From Escherichia coli (GTDB lineage: Bacteria; Bacillota_I; Bacilli_A; RFN20; CAG-826): a stretch of DNA of 64,000 bases. Below the pieces are notes generated by a model, which saw only the letters and a list, made by a program, of their open reading frames with translations, searched no databases and was not told the origin of the DNA. The DNA lies in contig CAVGNR010000004.1 in assembly GCA_963630675.1 (NCBI GenBank), forward strand, positions 5,286-69,285, given 5' to 3'. The translations under genes and the position numbers were made by a program. Positions 39,773-49,089 of the stretch are shown piece by piece; position 1 is the stretch's first letter; every line of letters begins with the position of its first letter.

Positions 39773-41062
39773 ATGATTCAGTTTTTCTATGATTACGGCC
39801 TCATTCTTGAATTATTTCCCGCTTTGTTTCTTTTTACAATCGGCTTAAAAAAGAAGAAATATTATCCCTTAAGATATCTTTTGTTATTTGGAGTGATAGT
39901 TCTTTTCTGCTTTATTCGTTCTCTTTTGCCTAAGGATAATATTTATTTAAAGATTCTCTCTTATTTCCTTTTATATACTTGTTGTTTCTTTGTGAATTAT
40001 TTTATTTTTGATGCACGTTTTATTGTTGTTCTTTATTGCACGATAAGCGGCCTTATCGCTCAGCATGTGGGATATGTTTTTTCAGATTTTATTCGTGGTT
40101 TGCTTTCCCCTTATATGCCAGAGGCTGCCGCAAATATTATTTACGCTCTTTTTGTCGCACTTATTTATATTAGCTTATTTTTGCTTTTTTCCTTTCGCCA
40201 AGATCCAAGGGACTTCATCAAACTCCAAAAAGGACCGGTTATTAGCTCCACTATTATCATTTTCATAACCTGCATCGTAGTTTTGCAATTCTATGAGTTC
40301 TATAAAAGTCAGGTTATATTGCCTTTTCAAATCATCTTTGTTGTTTTGGATTTAACGTGCTGCATATCCATCTATATTATGCAAAAAGTCTCTTATCTTT
40401 CTGCGCGTAACACGATTGAAACAGAACTCGTAAAAAGCAGGCTTAGTCAATACGAATCCTTGCAAAACGTTATTGAGGTTATGAATATCCGTATTCATGA
40501 TTTAAAACACCAGATCAAAGAAATTGAAAGAAATCCTGACATTTCCCCAGAAATCACGAAACAACTTAAAGAGTCCATCGCCAAATACAAAAGTTTTGCT
40601 CGATGCGGTAACGACGTTATTGACACAATCCTCACGGAAAAGAACATTGCTTTCGAAAAAGAAGACATTAAATTCACTTATCATCTAAACGGATTACTTT
40701 TTAGCCATTTTGCAACGCAAGATATCAATTCCATCTTCGGAAATGCTCTTGATAACGCTGTCGAATATCTTATGCTTTTGCCTAAAGAGGAACGTTTTTT
40801 AACCATTCGCTCTTATGAGGTGGGTTCGTTAGCGAAAGTCTCCTTTGAAAATTCCTTTAAGGGAGAGCCATCTTTTAATAAAGAAGGTTTAATTAACACC
40901 ACTAAAAATAACGCCATGTTTCATGGCTTCGGTCTAAAATCGATTCGTTCTACGATCAATAAATATGGCGGGAGCATGACAATAACGGTAGAAGAAGGTA
41001 CTTTTAAACTTCAATTACTTTTCCCAAAACCAAATTTAGAAGAAAAGGAGGGAGAAAAATGA
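39773..41062 (+). CDS. AgrC-like (HPK10, GHKL) membrane sensor histidine kinase
   Basis: Five or six N-terminal TM helices, H-box IRIHDLKHQI, N-box GNALDNAVEY and G-box HGFGLKSI. Confidence 0.8.
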   Translation: MIQFFYDYGLILELFPALFLFTIGLKKKKYYPLRYLLLFGVIVLFCFIRSLLPKDNIYLKILSYFLLYTCCFFVNYFIFDARFIVVLYCTISGLIAQHVGYVFSDFIRGLLSPYMPEAAANIIYALFVALIYISLFLLFSFRQDPRDFIKLQKGPVISSTIIIFITCIVVLQFYEFYKSQVILPFQIIFVVLDLTCCISIYIMQKVSYLSARNTIETELVKSRLSQYESLQNVIEVMNIRIHDLKHQIKEIERNPDISPEITKQLKESIAKYKSFARCGNDVIDTILTEKNIAFEKEDIKFTYHLNGLLFSHFATQDINSIFGNALDNAVEYLMLLPKEERFLTIRSYEVGSLAKVSFENSFKGEPSFNKEGLINTTKNNAMFHGFGLKSIRSTINKYGGSMTITVEEGTFKLQLLFPKPNLEEKEGEK

Positions 41063-41754
41063 AAATCGCTGTTGTTGAAGACAATGAAGAATACGCAATG
41101 ACTTTAGGAGAATACGTTCAAAAATATTCATCCGAAAACAATTTGGATATTGCCGTAGTATATTTTCCGAATGGAGAACGTTTCCTTGAGGAATATAAAT
41201 CGGATTTCGACATCATCTTTATGGATATCGAAATGCCTATGATGGATGGAATCACCTCTTCTAGCAAGGTAAGGGAAATGGATTCGGAATGCATTATCAT
41301 TTTCGTCTCTAATTTCATGAAATACGCGATCAAAGGATATTCTGTAAACGCCTTAGATTTCTTAACAAAGCCATTGGATTACAACATTTTTAAAAACACC
41401 ATGGCTAAAGCCATCCATCGTTTGAATATGAAACACCACCAATCCCTTACCCTTCAAAATGGTGGAGAAACATATCGCCTTGATATCAACGAAATCGTCT
41501 ATATCGAAGTCTATAAGCATCGTGTCATTTACCATACGACTACGGCAGAATATGACGTCCGTGGTTCTTTGCAAGAAAGTGAGAAACAGCTTCCTCCTGA
41601 CCAATTCATTCGTTGCAATTCCGGCACCATCGTGAATCTGAAATACGTGACAGGCATTGGAAAAGATAGCTTAATCGTTCTGAAACAAGAATTATCTATA
41701 TCGAGGTCGAAAAAGAAAGACGTCCTAAACGCTTTAACGCGCTATATCGGTTAA
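41059..41754 (+). CDS. LytTR-family response regulator (AgrA-like)
   Basis: Receiver domain (DIIFMDIEMPMMDG) plus a C-terminal LytTR segment (IVYIEVYKHRVIYHT ... FIRCNSGTIVNLKYV). It overlaps the kinase stop. Confidence 0.85.
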   Translation: MKIAVVEDNEEYAMTLGEYVQKYSSENNLDIAVVYFPNGERFLEEYKSDFDIIFMDIEMPMMDGITSSSKVREMDSECIIIFVSNFMKYAIKGYSVNALDFLTKPLDYNIFKNTMAKAIHRLNMKHHQSLTLQNGGETYRLDINEIVYIEVYKHRVIYHTTTAEYDVRGSLQESEKQLPPDQFIRCNSGTIVNLKYVTGIGKDSLIVLKQELSISRSKKKDVLNALTRYIG

Positions 41755-41770
41755 TCACTACACGTCCCCC

Positions 41771-42760
41771 TTATTTTTGCTTATTCCCAACGTATTTTAG
41801 CCATTCTTGGTTATCGATGTTCCATTGAATGGTTGATAAAAGGCTTTCTTCAAAATTCGTTTCATTTTGCCAATGAAGTTCTTTTTGAATCTTGCTTACA
41901 TCCATCGAATATCTTCGATCATGACCTGCACGATCCTTTGTGTATTGAATAAGGGATTCCGGTTTTTGAAGTGCCTTCAATATCTTTTTCACCATTTCGA
42001 TATTTTGAATTTCATTTTTCCCAGCGATGTTATAAATTTGGCCTGCTCTTCCTTTACGAACGATCAAATCAATCGCCCTGTTATGCTCTTTAACATCTAG
42101 CCAGTCACGAAGGTTTAACCCATTTCCATATATCCACACGGGTTCATTATTTAACGCTCTTTCGATAACCAAAGGGATAAGTTTCTCTGGATATTGGTAA
42201 GGACCGTAGTTATTTGAGCATCTTGAAATGCTTACGGGTAAGTTATAAGTCCTTGCATATGCTAAAACGAGCAAATCTGCAGCCGCTTTTGAAGCGGAAT
42301 AAGGGCTTGAAGGATGAAGAGAAGAATCTTCAGCAAAGGTAGAGATGTCTCCTTCTAAAGGAAGGTCTCCATAAACTTCATCCGTGGAAACTTGATGGAA
42401 TCTTTTAATGCCATATTTTCTCGCTGCATTTAACAATACCTCAACGCCTAAGAGATTGCTTCGAAGGAAAATATCAGGGTCATCGATGGATCGATCCACA
42501 TGGCTTTCCGCAGCGAAATTAATCACACAATCGAATTTTTCTTCTTCAAAAAGAGTATTAACTACTTCTTTATCACAGATATTTCCTTTTACAAAACGGA
42601 AATTGTCTAAGCCCATAATCGGCTCCAGTTTTTTTGTATCTCCAGCGTATGTTAAAGCGTCTAGACATATCCATCTATCCAAAGGATATTTCTTCACCAT
42701 CGTAAGAAGGAAATTTCCTCCAATAAAGCCTGCTCCACCTGTGATTAAGAAATTCGACAT
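41771..42760 (-). CDS. rfbB: dTDP-glucose 4,6-dehydratase
   Basis: Rossmann motif ITGGAGFIGGNF and catalytic YSASKAA. The start is set at MSNF, with GGAG 6 nt upstream. Confidence 0.85.
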   Translation of the reverse strand: MSNFLITGGAGFIGGNFLLTMVKKYPLDRWICLDALTYAGDTKKLEPIMGLDNFRFVKGNICDKEVVNTLFEEEKFDCVINFAAESHVDRSIDDPDIFLRSNLLGVEVLLNAARKYGIKRFHQVSTDEVYGDLPLEGDISTFAEDSSLHPSSPYSASKAAADLLVLAYARTYNLPVSISRCSNNYGPYQYPEKLIPLVIERALNNEPVWIYGNGLNLRDWLDVKEHNRAIDLIVRKGRAGQIYNIAGKNEIQNIEMVKKILKALQKPESLIQYTKDRAGHDRRYSMDVSKIQKELHWQNETNFEESLLSTIQWNIDNQEWLKYVGNKQK

Positions 42761-42880
42761 ATGTATCTCCAATACTCATTATATAGGCAAATGGGAATTT
42801 TAACCCCTTTGAAATGCCCTTAAGAATAAAAAATGACCATAAGCAAAATGCAAATGGTCAAAGTTTTCTCTTAAAGAAAC

Positions 42881-43090
42881 TCAATAATCGTTTGAATCGG
42901 AGTCATCATCCCCATAAAAGAAATCGAAATTACGTGGGTCTGTAGGATCGCATGGATCGTAATTATATTGTTTGTCGGGCGCATCTTCGGAATAGTTTTT
43001 TCCAAAAAGGATAGAAACAAGAAGAGAAGAAGTCGTGTCGTCTTTTTTAGGGTCAGGGTCAAGGAAATCAAATTTGTTTTCTTTTTTCAT
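42881..43090 (-). CDS. Small acidic Asp/Pro-rich hypothetical protein
   Basis: 69-aa ORF preceded by a GAGGAG RBS. I recognise no family. Confidence 0.45.
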   Translation of the reverse strand: MKKENKFDFLDPDPKKDDTTSSLLVSILFGKNYSEDAPDKQYNYDPCDPTDPRNFDFFYGDDDSDSNDY

Positions 43091-43237
43091 ATTTGTTGCT
43101 CCTCATTTATTCTAGCAAATCCTCTGGAAAAAAATTATTGGAACTTCATCGGATTGGAAAATGCATATATGGGTGAGCTCTTTTTATCCTATAAGGCATT
43201 CATCAGTTTAGATTATCTCTAAAAGATGTTTAACATC

Positions 43238-44504
43238 TCAACGTTTTATGAGTTTACCATCTTGAAGTCTGCTTTCTTCGGCTGCAATGGCCATCAAGTG
43301 AGATTCAAGGGAGTTTTCTAGCGCCGTGCTCGCTTCTTTTTTGCCTGTGACGACATCGTATAAGGCATTTACTAATCCAGCGTCTCCTCCTCCATGTCCT
43401 CCACTGACATCAGGAAGAGCATTAAAAGGTATGGTTTCGGTTGGTTTGTCATAGACTTTTAAAACCAAGCATTGTTTTTCTTCGTTCAAATCCAATTCAC
43501 CATATGTGCCATGGAAACGGTAGATACGTCCCGCATCTCCCGTAAAAGCAGTCATGCATAAGTTAGCAATAACGCCATTTTCAAAAAGAATGTTCGTTTC
43601 TTGATGATCAACCACATCGTTATCGCAAGCGAATACGCAACGACCATAAGGGCCATTTTCATAAGCTTTTCGAATTTCTTCTTCGGTAAGCACTTCATCC
43701 GTGCAAATAACGTTCATTGGCCACATTGTCTTAGGACGTCCCCATCTTATCCACCAATCAACATAGATCTTTTCGGCGCTATATGGGCAAGTATGTAAAT
43801 AAGGGCAATCCTTACAATGGTCAGCCGCACCTTTTGGTTGATTCTCTTTCTTAAAGAAGCTAAGGCTCCCTATCGAGGAAACAGTCTTGAACTTTGATTT
43901 GGCATAGAACTGAAGCAAATCCATATCATGGCAGCATTTAGCCATAATCATCGGTGAAGTGTCTTCGCTTCTTCTCCAGTTCCCACGTACATAGCTATGG
44001 GCTTGATGCCAAAAAGCGACTTGTTCAATCGCTTGAATATCCGTTAATTTTCCAATCTTGCCTTCATCGATGATCTTAGAAGCGGCTAAGAAAGCTTGTG
44101 CATAACGAAGAACATGGCAAACAACGACCTTGCCTCCGTGTTGTTTTTGCGCAGCAAGCAGTTTTTCGCATTCTTCCTTAGAATCCGTAATCGGTTTTTC
44201 TAAAAGAACATCGTAGCCAGCCTTTAAAGCGGCGATACAATGACGCACGTGGTCTTTATCTTGCGTTGCAACAATGCAAATATCCGCACGTTTTTTTAGC
44301 AAAGAAATCCTTTTCATCAAGAAAAAGGTTATCATCGCTAATCTTAAAACGTTCTTTAACCGCATCGAGCTTTACTTGTCTTTTGTCACAGACGGAAACA
44401 ATTTTGAAACGAGGGTCCTCGTTCATTATTTTTCCATAAGAATCAGCTCCACGTGAACCTGCGCCAATAATCGCTACAGTTAACACTTTTTCGTTTTTAT
44501 CCAT
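43238..44504 (-). pseudogene. Gfo/Idh/MocA-family oxidoreductase interrupted by a frameshift in an A7 run
   Basis: The N-terminal fragment (VAIIGAGSRG ... FLDEKDFFAKK) and the remainder (RADICIVATQDKDH ... EKP) lie in different frames. Removing one A from the minus-strand A7 run (plus-strand T7, 44291-44297) restores ...FFAKKRADICIVATQDKDH. Confidence 0.75.
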
Positions 44505-44822
44505 GCTTATTCATTTCCTCCACCCGCAATCAATGTGGGTTTGAATACAGCACTATACTATCTTTGTTTTTCTTAAAAACACATCTCTTTCTATCTTTAT
44601 TTTTAATGTTATTAGATAAAAGAACCAGGATGTCTTGTTGAAGAGAAGGTTGAATAGCTTCTTGTTGCTATTCTTTAACGGTTGACGTTGAACTCGCGTT
44701 TTACATCTTTCTAAACGTCGCTCTCCAAATCGCAAACCATAGCGTTCCGTTTCTTTCACAAATAAAATTTCTTTTCTCAAAAAAACAGAATAAGTTCCTC
44801 TTCAAATCAGCTATGTCTACTG

Positions 44823-44869
44823 TAATCGACAAGAATATAGTATTTTTGTCTATTATAATCGACAAGAAT
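44823..44869. repeat. Two perfect 14-bp direct repeats TAATCGACAAGAAT, 33 bp apart
   Basis: Copies at 44823-44836 and 44856-44869, at the left edge of the accessory region. Confidence 0.85.
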
Positions 44870-45244
44870 CTAGATTATGTTGAGGAAAATGGCACAAACA
44901 CAAAGCGTAATGTATCTCTAGGAAATGGTTACTCACAATCCTTGCAGGGAAAGGTCCGTGAACAGAAACGGGTTCTAGAAATTCCTTGTCAGACGTGAAC
45001 ATCTAAGCGGATGATAAGCGAAAAGGGTCGTCGACATCGTCCTTTTCCCGAGATGCCACTCCCTTTATCCATCGCATGGCTACAAGTGATTGAATGCAAA
45101 GAGCGAGCTCTTTTTTAGGTTCTTCATGAGCAAGAAACGCGCCAAGAGTTTTCGGTACTCTCGGTCTTTCTTCTTCGTAGGCTTTTTCCTTTCTTTTTTG
45201 GAGATTCTTTTGTCTCAATTTGCACATTTTTATGTATTTATCAT

Positions 45245-45273
45245 TTGATTTACTATATACTTAATGCATAAAT
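45245..45273 (+). promoter_or_regulatory. Candidate sigma-70-type promoter of the first DUF4143 ATPase gene
   Basis: TTGATT, a 17-nt spacer, then ATAAAT, about 35 nt upstream of the ATG. Confidence 0.45.
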
Positions 45274-45289
45274 CTGTGCGGAAGCACAA
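45255..45289. repeat. Upstream copy of a 35-bp direct repeat flanking ATPase gene 1
   Basis: 34 of 35 nt are identical to 46710-46744, with core TTAATGCATAAATCTGTGCGGAAGCACAA. This copy is embedded in the imperfect palindrome at 45265-45298. Confidence 0.9.
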
Positions 45290-45306
45290 GATTATGCACT
45301 AACGAG

Positions 45307-46635
45307 ATGAAAACTATGTATATTGCGAGGAATTCTTATTTAGACAAATTGAAAAACTCTATTGGCAATGGGATGATCAAGATCGTCACTGGGCCAAGGA
45401 GATGTGGAAAATCATTTCTTTTGTTCCATATCTTCAAGGATTACCTCCTTTCCACCGGCGTAAAGGGTGATCACATCATCGAGTTGTCCCTAGACGACGT
45501 GAAGAACGTCAAATACCGAAACCCGATTGATTTGGCTTCTTATTTCAATGACAGAGTCAAAGACAACGCCCAATACTATTTTCTCATCGACGAAATTCAG
45601 TTCTGTGAGAGCGTGGACAACCCCGCTTTCGCCGGTTATAAAACCGATGATGGGAAAACCCCTAAGATTACCTTTTATGATGTCCTAAACGGCTTTTTAG
45701 GAATCAAAAACGTCGAGGTTTTCGTGACTGGGAGTAATTCCCATATGCTCTCAAGTGATATTGCTACTGAATTCCGCGGAAGGGGTTGGCAAATAAGGAT
45801 ACGCCCTCTCACCTTCAAAGAATTCAAGGAAGTAAACGTTCAGAGAAATCTGGACAATTTGACTTTATGGAAGCAGTACTATCTTTACGGTGGTCTTCCG
45901 CAGGTCTCTTTGCTTCCAGATGAACCTTCGAAGAGGGAATACCTACGACAAGTATTTGAAAACACATACATCAATGATCTAATCGAGCGTTATTCGCTTA
46001 GAAACGATTCCGCAATCAGAGACCTGGTCAAGGTGATGGCCACAAACGTAGGCTCTATCGTCAACCCGACCAAAATCGCCAATACCTTCAAGTCGGAGAT
46101 GAAATCATCGATTCAGCCCGTGACTGTCTCAAAATACATCGAGCACATGGAGGATTCCTTCTTACTGAATTCGGCTTGTAAGTATGATCTGACGGGCCGT
46201 AAGTTCATCGGGGCATCCTACAAATACTATTTCGAGGACATGGGTCTTAGATACGCTGCATCCTCTTTTGTCGGGAAGGATCAGGAGCCCCATTACATGG
46301 AGAATGTCATTTACAACGAGTTGATTTATCGCGGTTACAACGTCTCCGTTGGCACCGTCGCTACTTTTGACCATTCCGATGGGAAGACTCAAAGAGTCAA
46401 TCTCGAAGTGGATTTCATCGCAGAGAAATTTGACAAAACAATATACATACAATCCGCCCTATATATTCCAGACGATGAGAAGATGAAACAAGAATTAAGA
46501 CCGCTCAAAAAAATAAACAATTCCTTCAAAAAAGTGCTAATCACAAAATATGAAGGGGACGGTTCTTATGATGAGGACGGCATCCTCCACTTAAATCTCT
46601 TTGATTTCCTATTTGACGAGAAGCTTTTGGATTAG
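45307..46635 (+). CDS. AAA+ ATPase of the COG1373 type (AAA_14 + DUF4143)
   Basis: Walker A VTGPRRCGKSF, Walker B FLIDEIQ and a C-terminal DUF4143-like region. Visibly more GC-rich than the core genes. Confidence 0.75.
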   Translation: MKTMYIARNSYLDKLKNSIGNGMIKIVTGPRRCGKSFLLFHIFKDYLLSTGVKGDHIIELSLDDVKNVKYRNPIDLASYFNDRVKDNAQYYFLIDEIQFCESVDNPAFAGYKTDDGKTPKITFYDVLNGFLGIKNVEVFVTGSNSHMLSSDIATEFRGRGWQIRIRPLTFKEFKEVNVQRNLDNLTLWKQYYLYGGLPQVSLLPDEPSKREYLRQVFENTYINDLIERYSLRNDSAIRDLVKVMATNVGSIVNPTKIANTFKSEMKSSIQPVTVSKYIEHMEDSFLLNSACKYDLTGRKFIGASYKYYFEDMGLRYAASSFVGKDQEPHYMENVIYNELIYRGYNVSVGTVATFDHSDGKTQRVNLEVDFIAEKFDKTIYIQSALYIPDDEKMKQELRPLKKINNSFKKVLITKYEGDGSYDEDGILHLNLFDFLFDEKLLD

Positions 46636-46709
46636 TTTTGCTTAAATTCACATTCCTAGGTTTCTTCACCTGGGTTTTTCATAGAAAAACATTTTTATTT
46701 CCTTAAAAC

Positions 46710-46744
46710 ATATAGTTAATGCATAAATCTGTGCGGAAGCACAA
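46710..46744. repeat. Downstream copy of the 35-bp direct repeat flanking ATPase gene 1
   Basis: See 45255-45289. Confidence 0.9.
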
Positions 46745-47034
46745 CTTTTTGCAGTAAGCTCCCTACTCCAGTTCTAAAACCCTTCTTCGATTCTATTCTC
46801 CCTTCTCGAAGTGAGCATCGTCAATTTCTCGTTAGGCAAAAGAAAAGCTCCATGAGCAAAAAAAGAGCGACTCTTCGCCTGCATCTCGTCCTAGAAGAGG
46901 GTTTATATGCCCTTGAGCGCGATATCTGGAGTTTCTTTTTCCTGATGTTATTTTGCTTTTGCAGCGCATTTTATGTTCACTGCATTGCGTTTGAATGGCA
47001 TTGCATATATTAGATACAGAAAGAAGGTGATATT

Positions 47035-47304
47035 ATGGCAACAACAAATTTCAGTGTCAGATTGGACAGCGACTTGAAGAAGCGTTCTGAGGCGATTTAT
47101 GGCGAGCTTGGAATCAACCTAACTACGGCCATCAACGTTTTCCTTCGTAAATCATTGAAAGCCGGTGGATTCCCCTTCGACGTAAGAATCGATGAGCCAA
47201 ACAGAGAAACCACGCTCGCTTTGCTCGAGGCGGATAAATTGTCCAAAGACCCCAATGTCAAAGGCCTAGACGTTGAGGATGCCTTGAGGGAGCTTAAGAA
47301 ATGA
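47035..47304 (+). CDS. RelB/DinJ-family type II antitoxin
   Basis: MATTNFSVRLDSDLKKRSEAIYGELGINLTTAINVFLRKS is a DinJ-type RHH N-terminus. Confidence 0.8.
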   Translation: MATTNFSVRLDSDLKKRSEAIYGELGINLTTAINVFLRKSLKAGGFPFDVRIDEPNRETTLALLEADKLSKDPNVKGLDVEDALRELKK

Positions 47305-47477
47305 GCAGGCTTAAAGTTGTTTGCACATCTCAGTTCAAGAAAGACTACAAGGCGGCCATGAAAAGCCATCTTGACATGGACTTGCTCGGCGGAATTATCA
47401 AAAGCCTGTCCGAGGAAACAGAGTTAGATTCCAAATACAAAGATCACCCTTTGTCCGGGAATTGTTTTCCTCCATAA
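47301..47477 (+). pseudogene. YafQ/RelE-family toxin truncated after about 58 codons
   Basis: ATGA overlap with the antitoxin stop. MSRLKVVCTSQFKKDYKAAMKSHLDMDLLGGIIKSL...KYKDHPLSGN then stops (CFPP*), so the C-terminal catalytic part is missing. The sequence turns AT-rich at about 47465. Confidence 0.65.
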
Positions 47478-47704
47478 GATTTATCTAAAACTTCGATTAC
47501 TTCACATTTATCGAGAAAAGTCTGTAATCTAAAATTGTATAGATTACCAAGTTATTTTATGAAGATATTTTCAAATTAAGATATAAAAGTATTCCTCACG
47601 ACATGTGTGCATTTTACTATGCTTTTGCTTTAATTAATGATTTGGAAATGATTTTCGTAATCGTTTCCTTCATGTTATGACCTTGTTGAGACAAAAAAAG
47701 AGCA

Positions 47705-48082
47705 TTGATGGAACCCATAGATAACGTGTGTGCTTTATTGAAATTTGAAGTAAACAAACGAATACTTACAAAACACTTAACAGAACTTCTTCCTTGGTTT
47801 GCTTTTAAAGCGACTAAAATGTCGAAATATAAAACGAGTGAAGCTATCAATCAAATTATGATAAAGCTCTTCGACGCACCAAAGACACAAACTTATTATG
47901 AACGTTTTAACTCCAAACGCAAAAATTTCAAAACAAGTGCCATAAAACTATCACGACACTGCACCATTAGTCGCATTAGTCGGTATTTTTTAAAAGATAA
48001 GGTTTTATACTCTCATTACACTAAAGGTTTTATGTTGCCACATGTCTTTACAATAATTTGTTCTCAATTAAATCTGACATAA
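47705..48082 (+). CDS. Hypothetical ORF in an AT-rich segment (doubtful)
   Basis: 125-aa ORF with no RBS and no recognisable family. Confidence 0.25.
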   Translation: MMEPIDNVCALLKFEVNKRILTKHLTELLPWFAFKATKMSKYKTSEAINQIMIKLFDAPKTQTYYERFNSKRKNFKTSAIKLSRHCTISRISRYFLKDKVLYSHYTKGFMLPHVFTIICSQLNLT

Positions 48083-48108
48083 TTTATAAACTATTTAAAT
48101 AATGAAAT

Positions 48109-49089
48109 TCATTCCATCTCAGCATCGTTTTCTTTGCGAGATGATACCATTGTGCATGGGCATCTCCATAACGCCATCGGATGGGATTTTATATTTTCAA
48201 TTGTAGTTTCGTCATCGAAAAGCAACTCCGGTCTGTAGTTCTTGTTTTTGAATTCTTCTATGAATTTTCTCTCGCCTTCATTTATCGATATCAAAGTTTT
48301 CAGGTAGCTGATGACGTTGGCTTTCGCATCATCCAAATTGAATTTGTCGTTTTTAGCCAAGACCGGTTTGAGCTGGGTTTTGAATTTCGCGAAATTTATG
48401 CTTTCAATGTTCTCAAACGAAATATCATCTATGTCCTGCTCTCCACCAACCATGTTGTAAAAAATCAGGCATTTCCTCAATAGATTGCTGTCTTCGATGA
48501 TATTGCTATTGATCATAGCGTTCACGTCATACAAATCCCTTGGAGCGGCACGTGAAAGGAGAGCGTTTATTTTGCTCGCGTAGAGCTCGATGTCGTTCAA
48601 CGCAAGAATATCGAATCCTTCAATGACACCCTTTCCTTTGATTCTCTTGTATTCCAAAGGCAAAACATGGCATCTATCCATGAAGTTGATTTCCACCTTG
48701 ATGCTGTCTCTGTTGCTGGCGTTGTTGATATAGGCGAACGAGAAGGAAAGCAGGGCGTAATGCTTTCTAGGTTCTGCATTCAAGGAATAGCCCTCCTGCC
48801 ACATGTAATCAGCTAGCCTCTTGCTTATTTTGGTTTTTGCTTCCACTATCTCTTCTTTTGCCAGGTTGCTCGTGAAATCAAGGTCTATATCCACCGAAAG
48901 GCGGGGCAGCTCCACTGATGTCAGGTTGATTGCTGTCCCTCCCTTCAAGGCAAACTTGCCTCGGAAATATTGATCCGAATTCAAAAACCTCAATATCTCT
49001 GATAGTCTCAGCACCTTTTCTAGATTGTCCTTGATGAAATTCGTTTTTGAGGCTAACTCTGTCAAATACTGTTTTGTGTAATTCATCAA
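48109..49089 (-). CDS. AbiEii/AbiGii-family nucleotidyltransferase toxin
   Basis: FALKGGTAINL and SVDIDLDF motifs. It overlaps the stop of the upstream AbiEi gene. Confidence 0.8.
   Translation of the reverse strand: MMNYTKQYLTELASKTNFIKDNLEKVLRLSEILRFLNSDQYFRGKFALKGGTAINLTSVELPRLSVDIDLDFTSNLAKEEIVEAKTKISKRLADYMWQEGYSLNAEPRKHYALLSFSFAYINNASNRDSIKVEINFMDRCHVLPLEYKRIKGKGVIEGFDILALNDIELYASKINALLSRAAPRDLYDVNAMINSNIIEDSNLLRKCLIFYNMVGGEQDIDDISFENIESINFAKFKTQLKPVLAKNDKFNLDDAKANVISYLKTLISINEGERKFIEEFKNKNYRPELLFDDETTIENIKSHPMALWRCPCTMVSSRKENDAEME

Noticed and set aside
45003-45227. 74-aa minus-strand ORF (MCKLRQKNLQKRKEK...)
   Set aside because: No RBS and a Lys/Glu-rich low-complexity N-terminus. 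It abuts the ATPase promoter. At most it is a scrap of a decayed gene, and I could not assign it.
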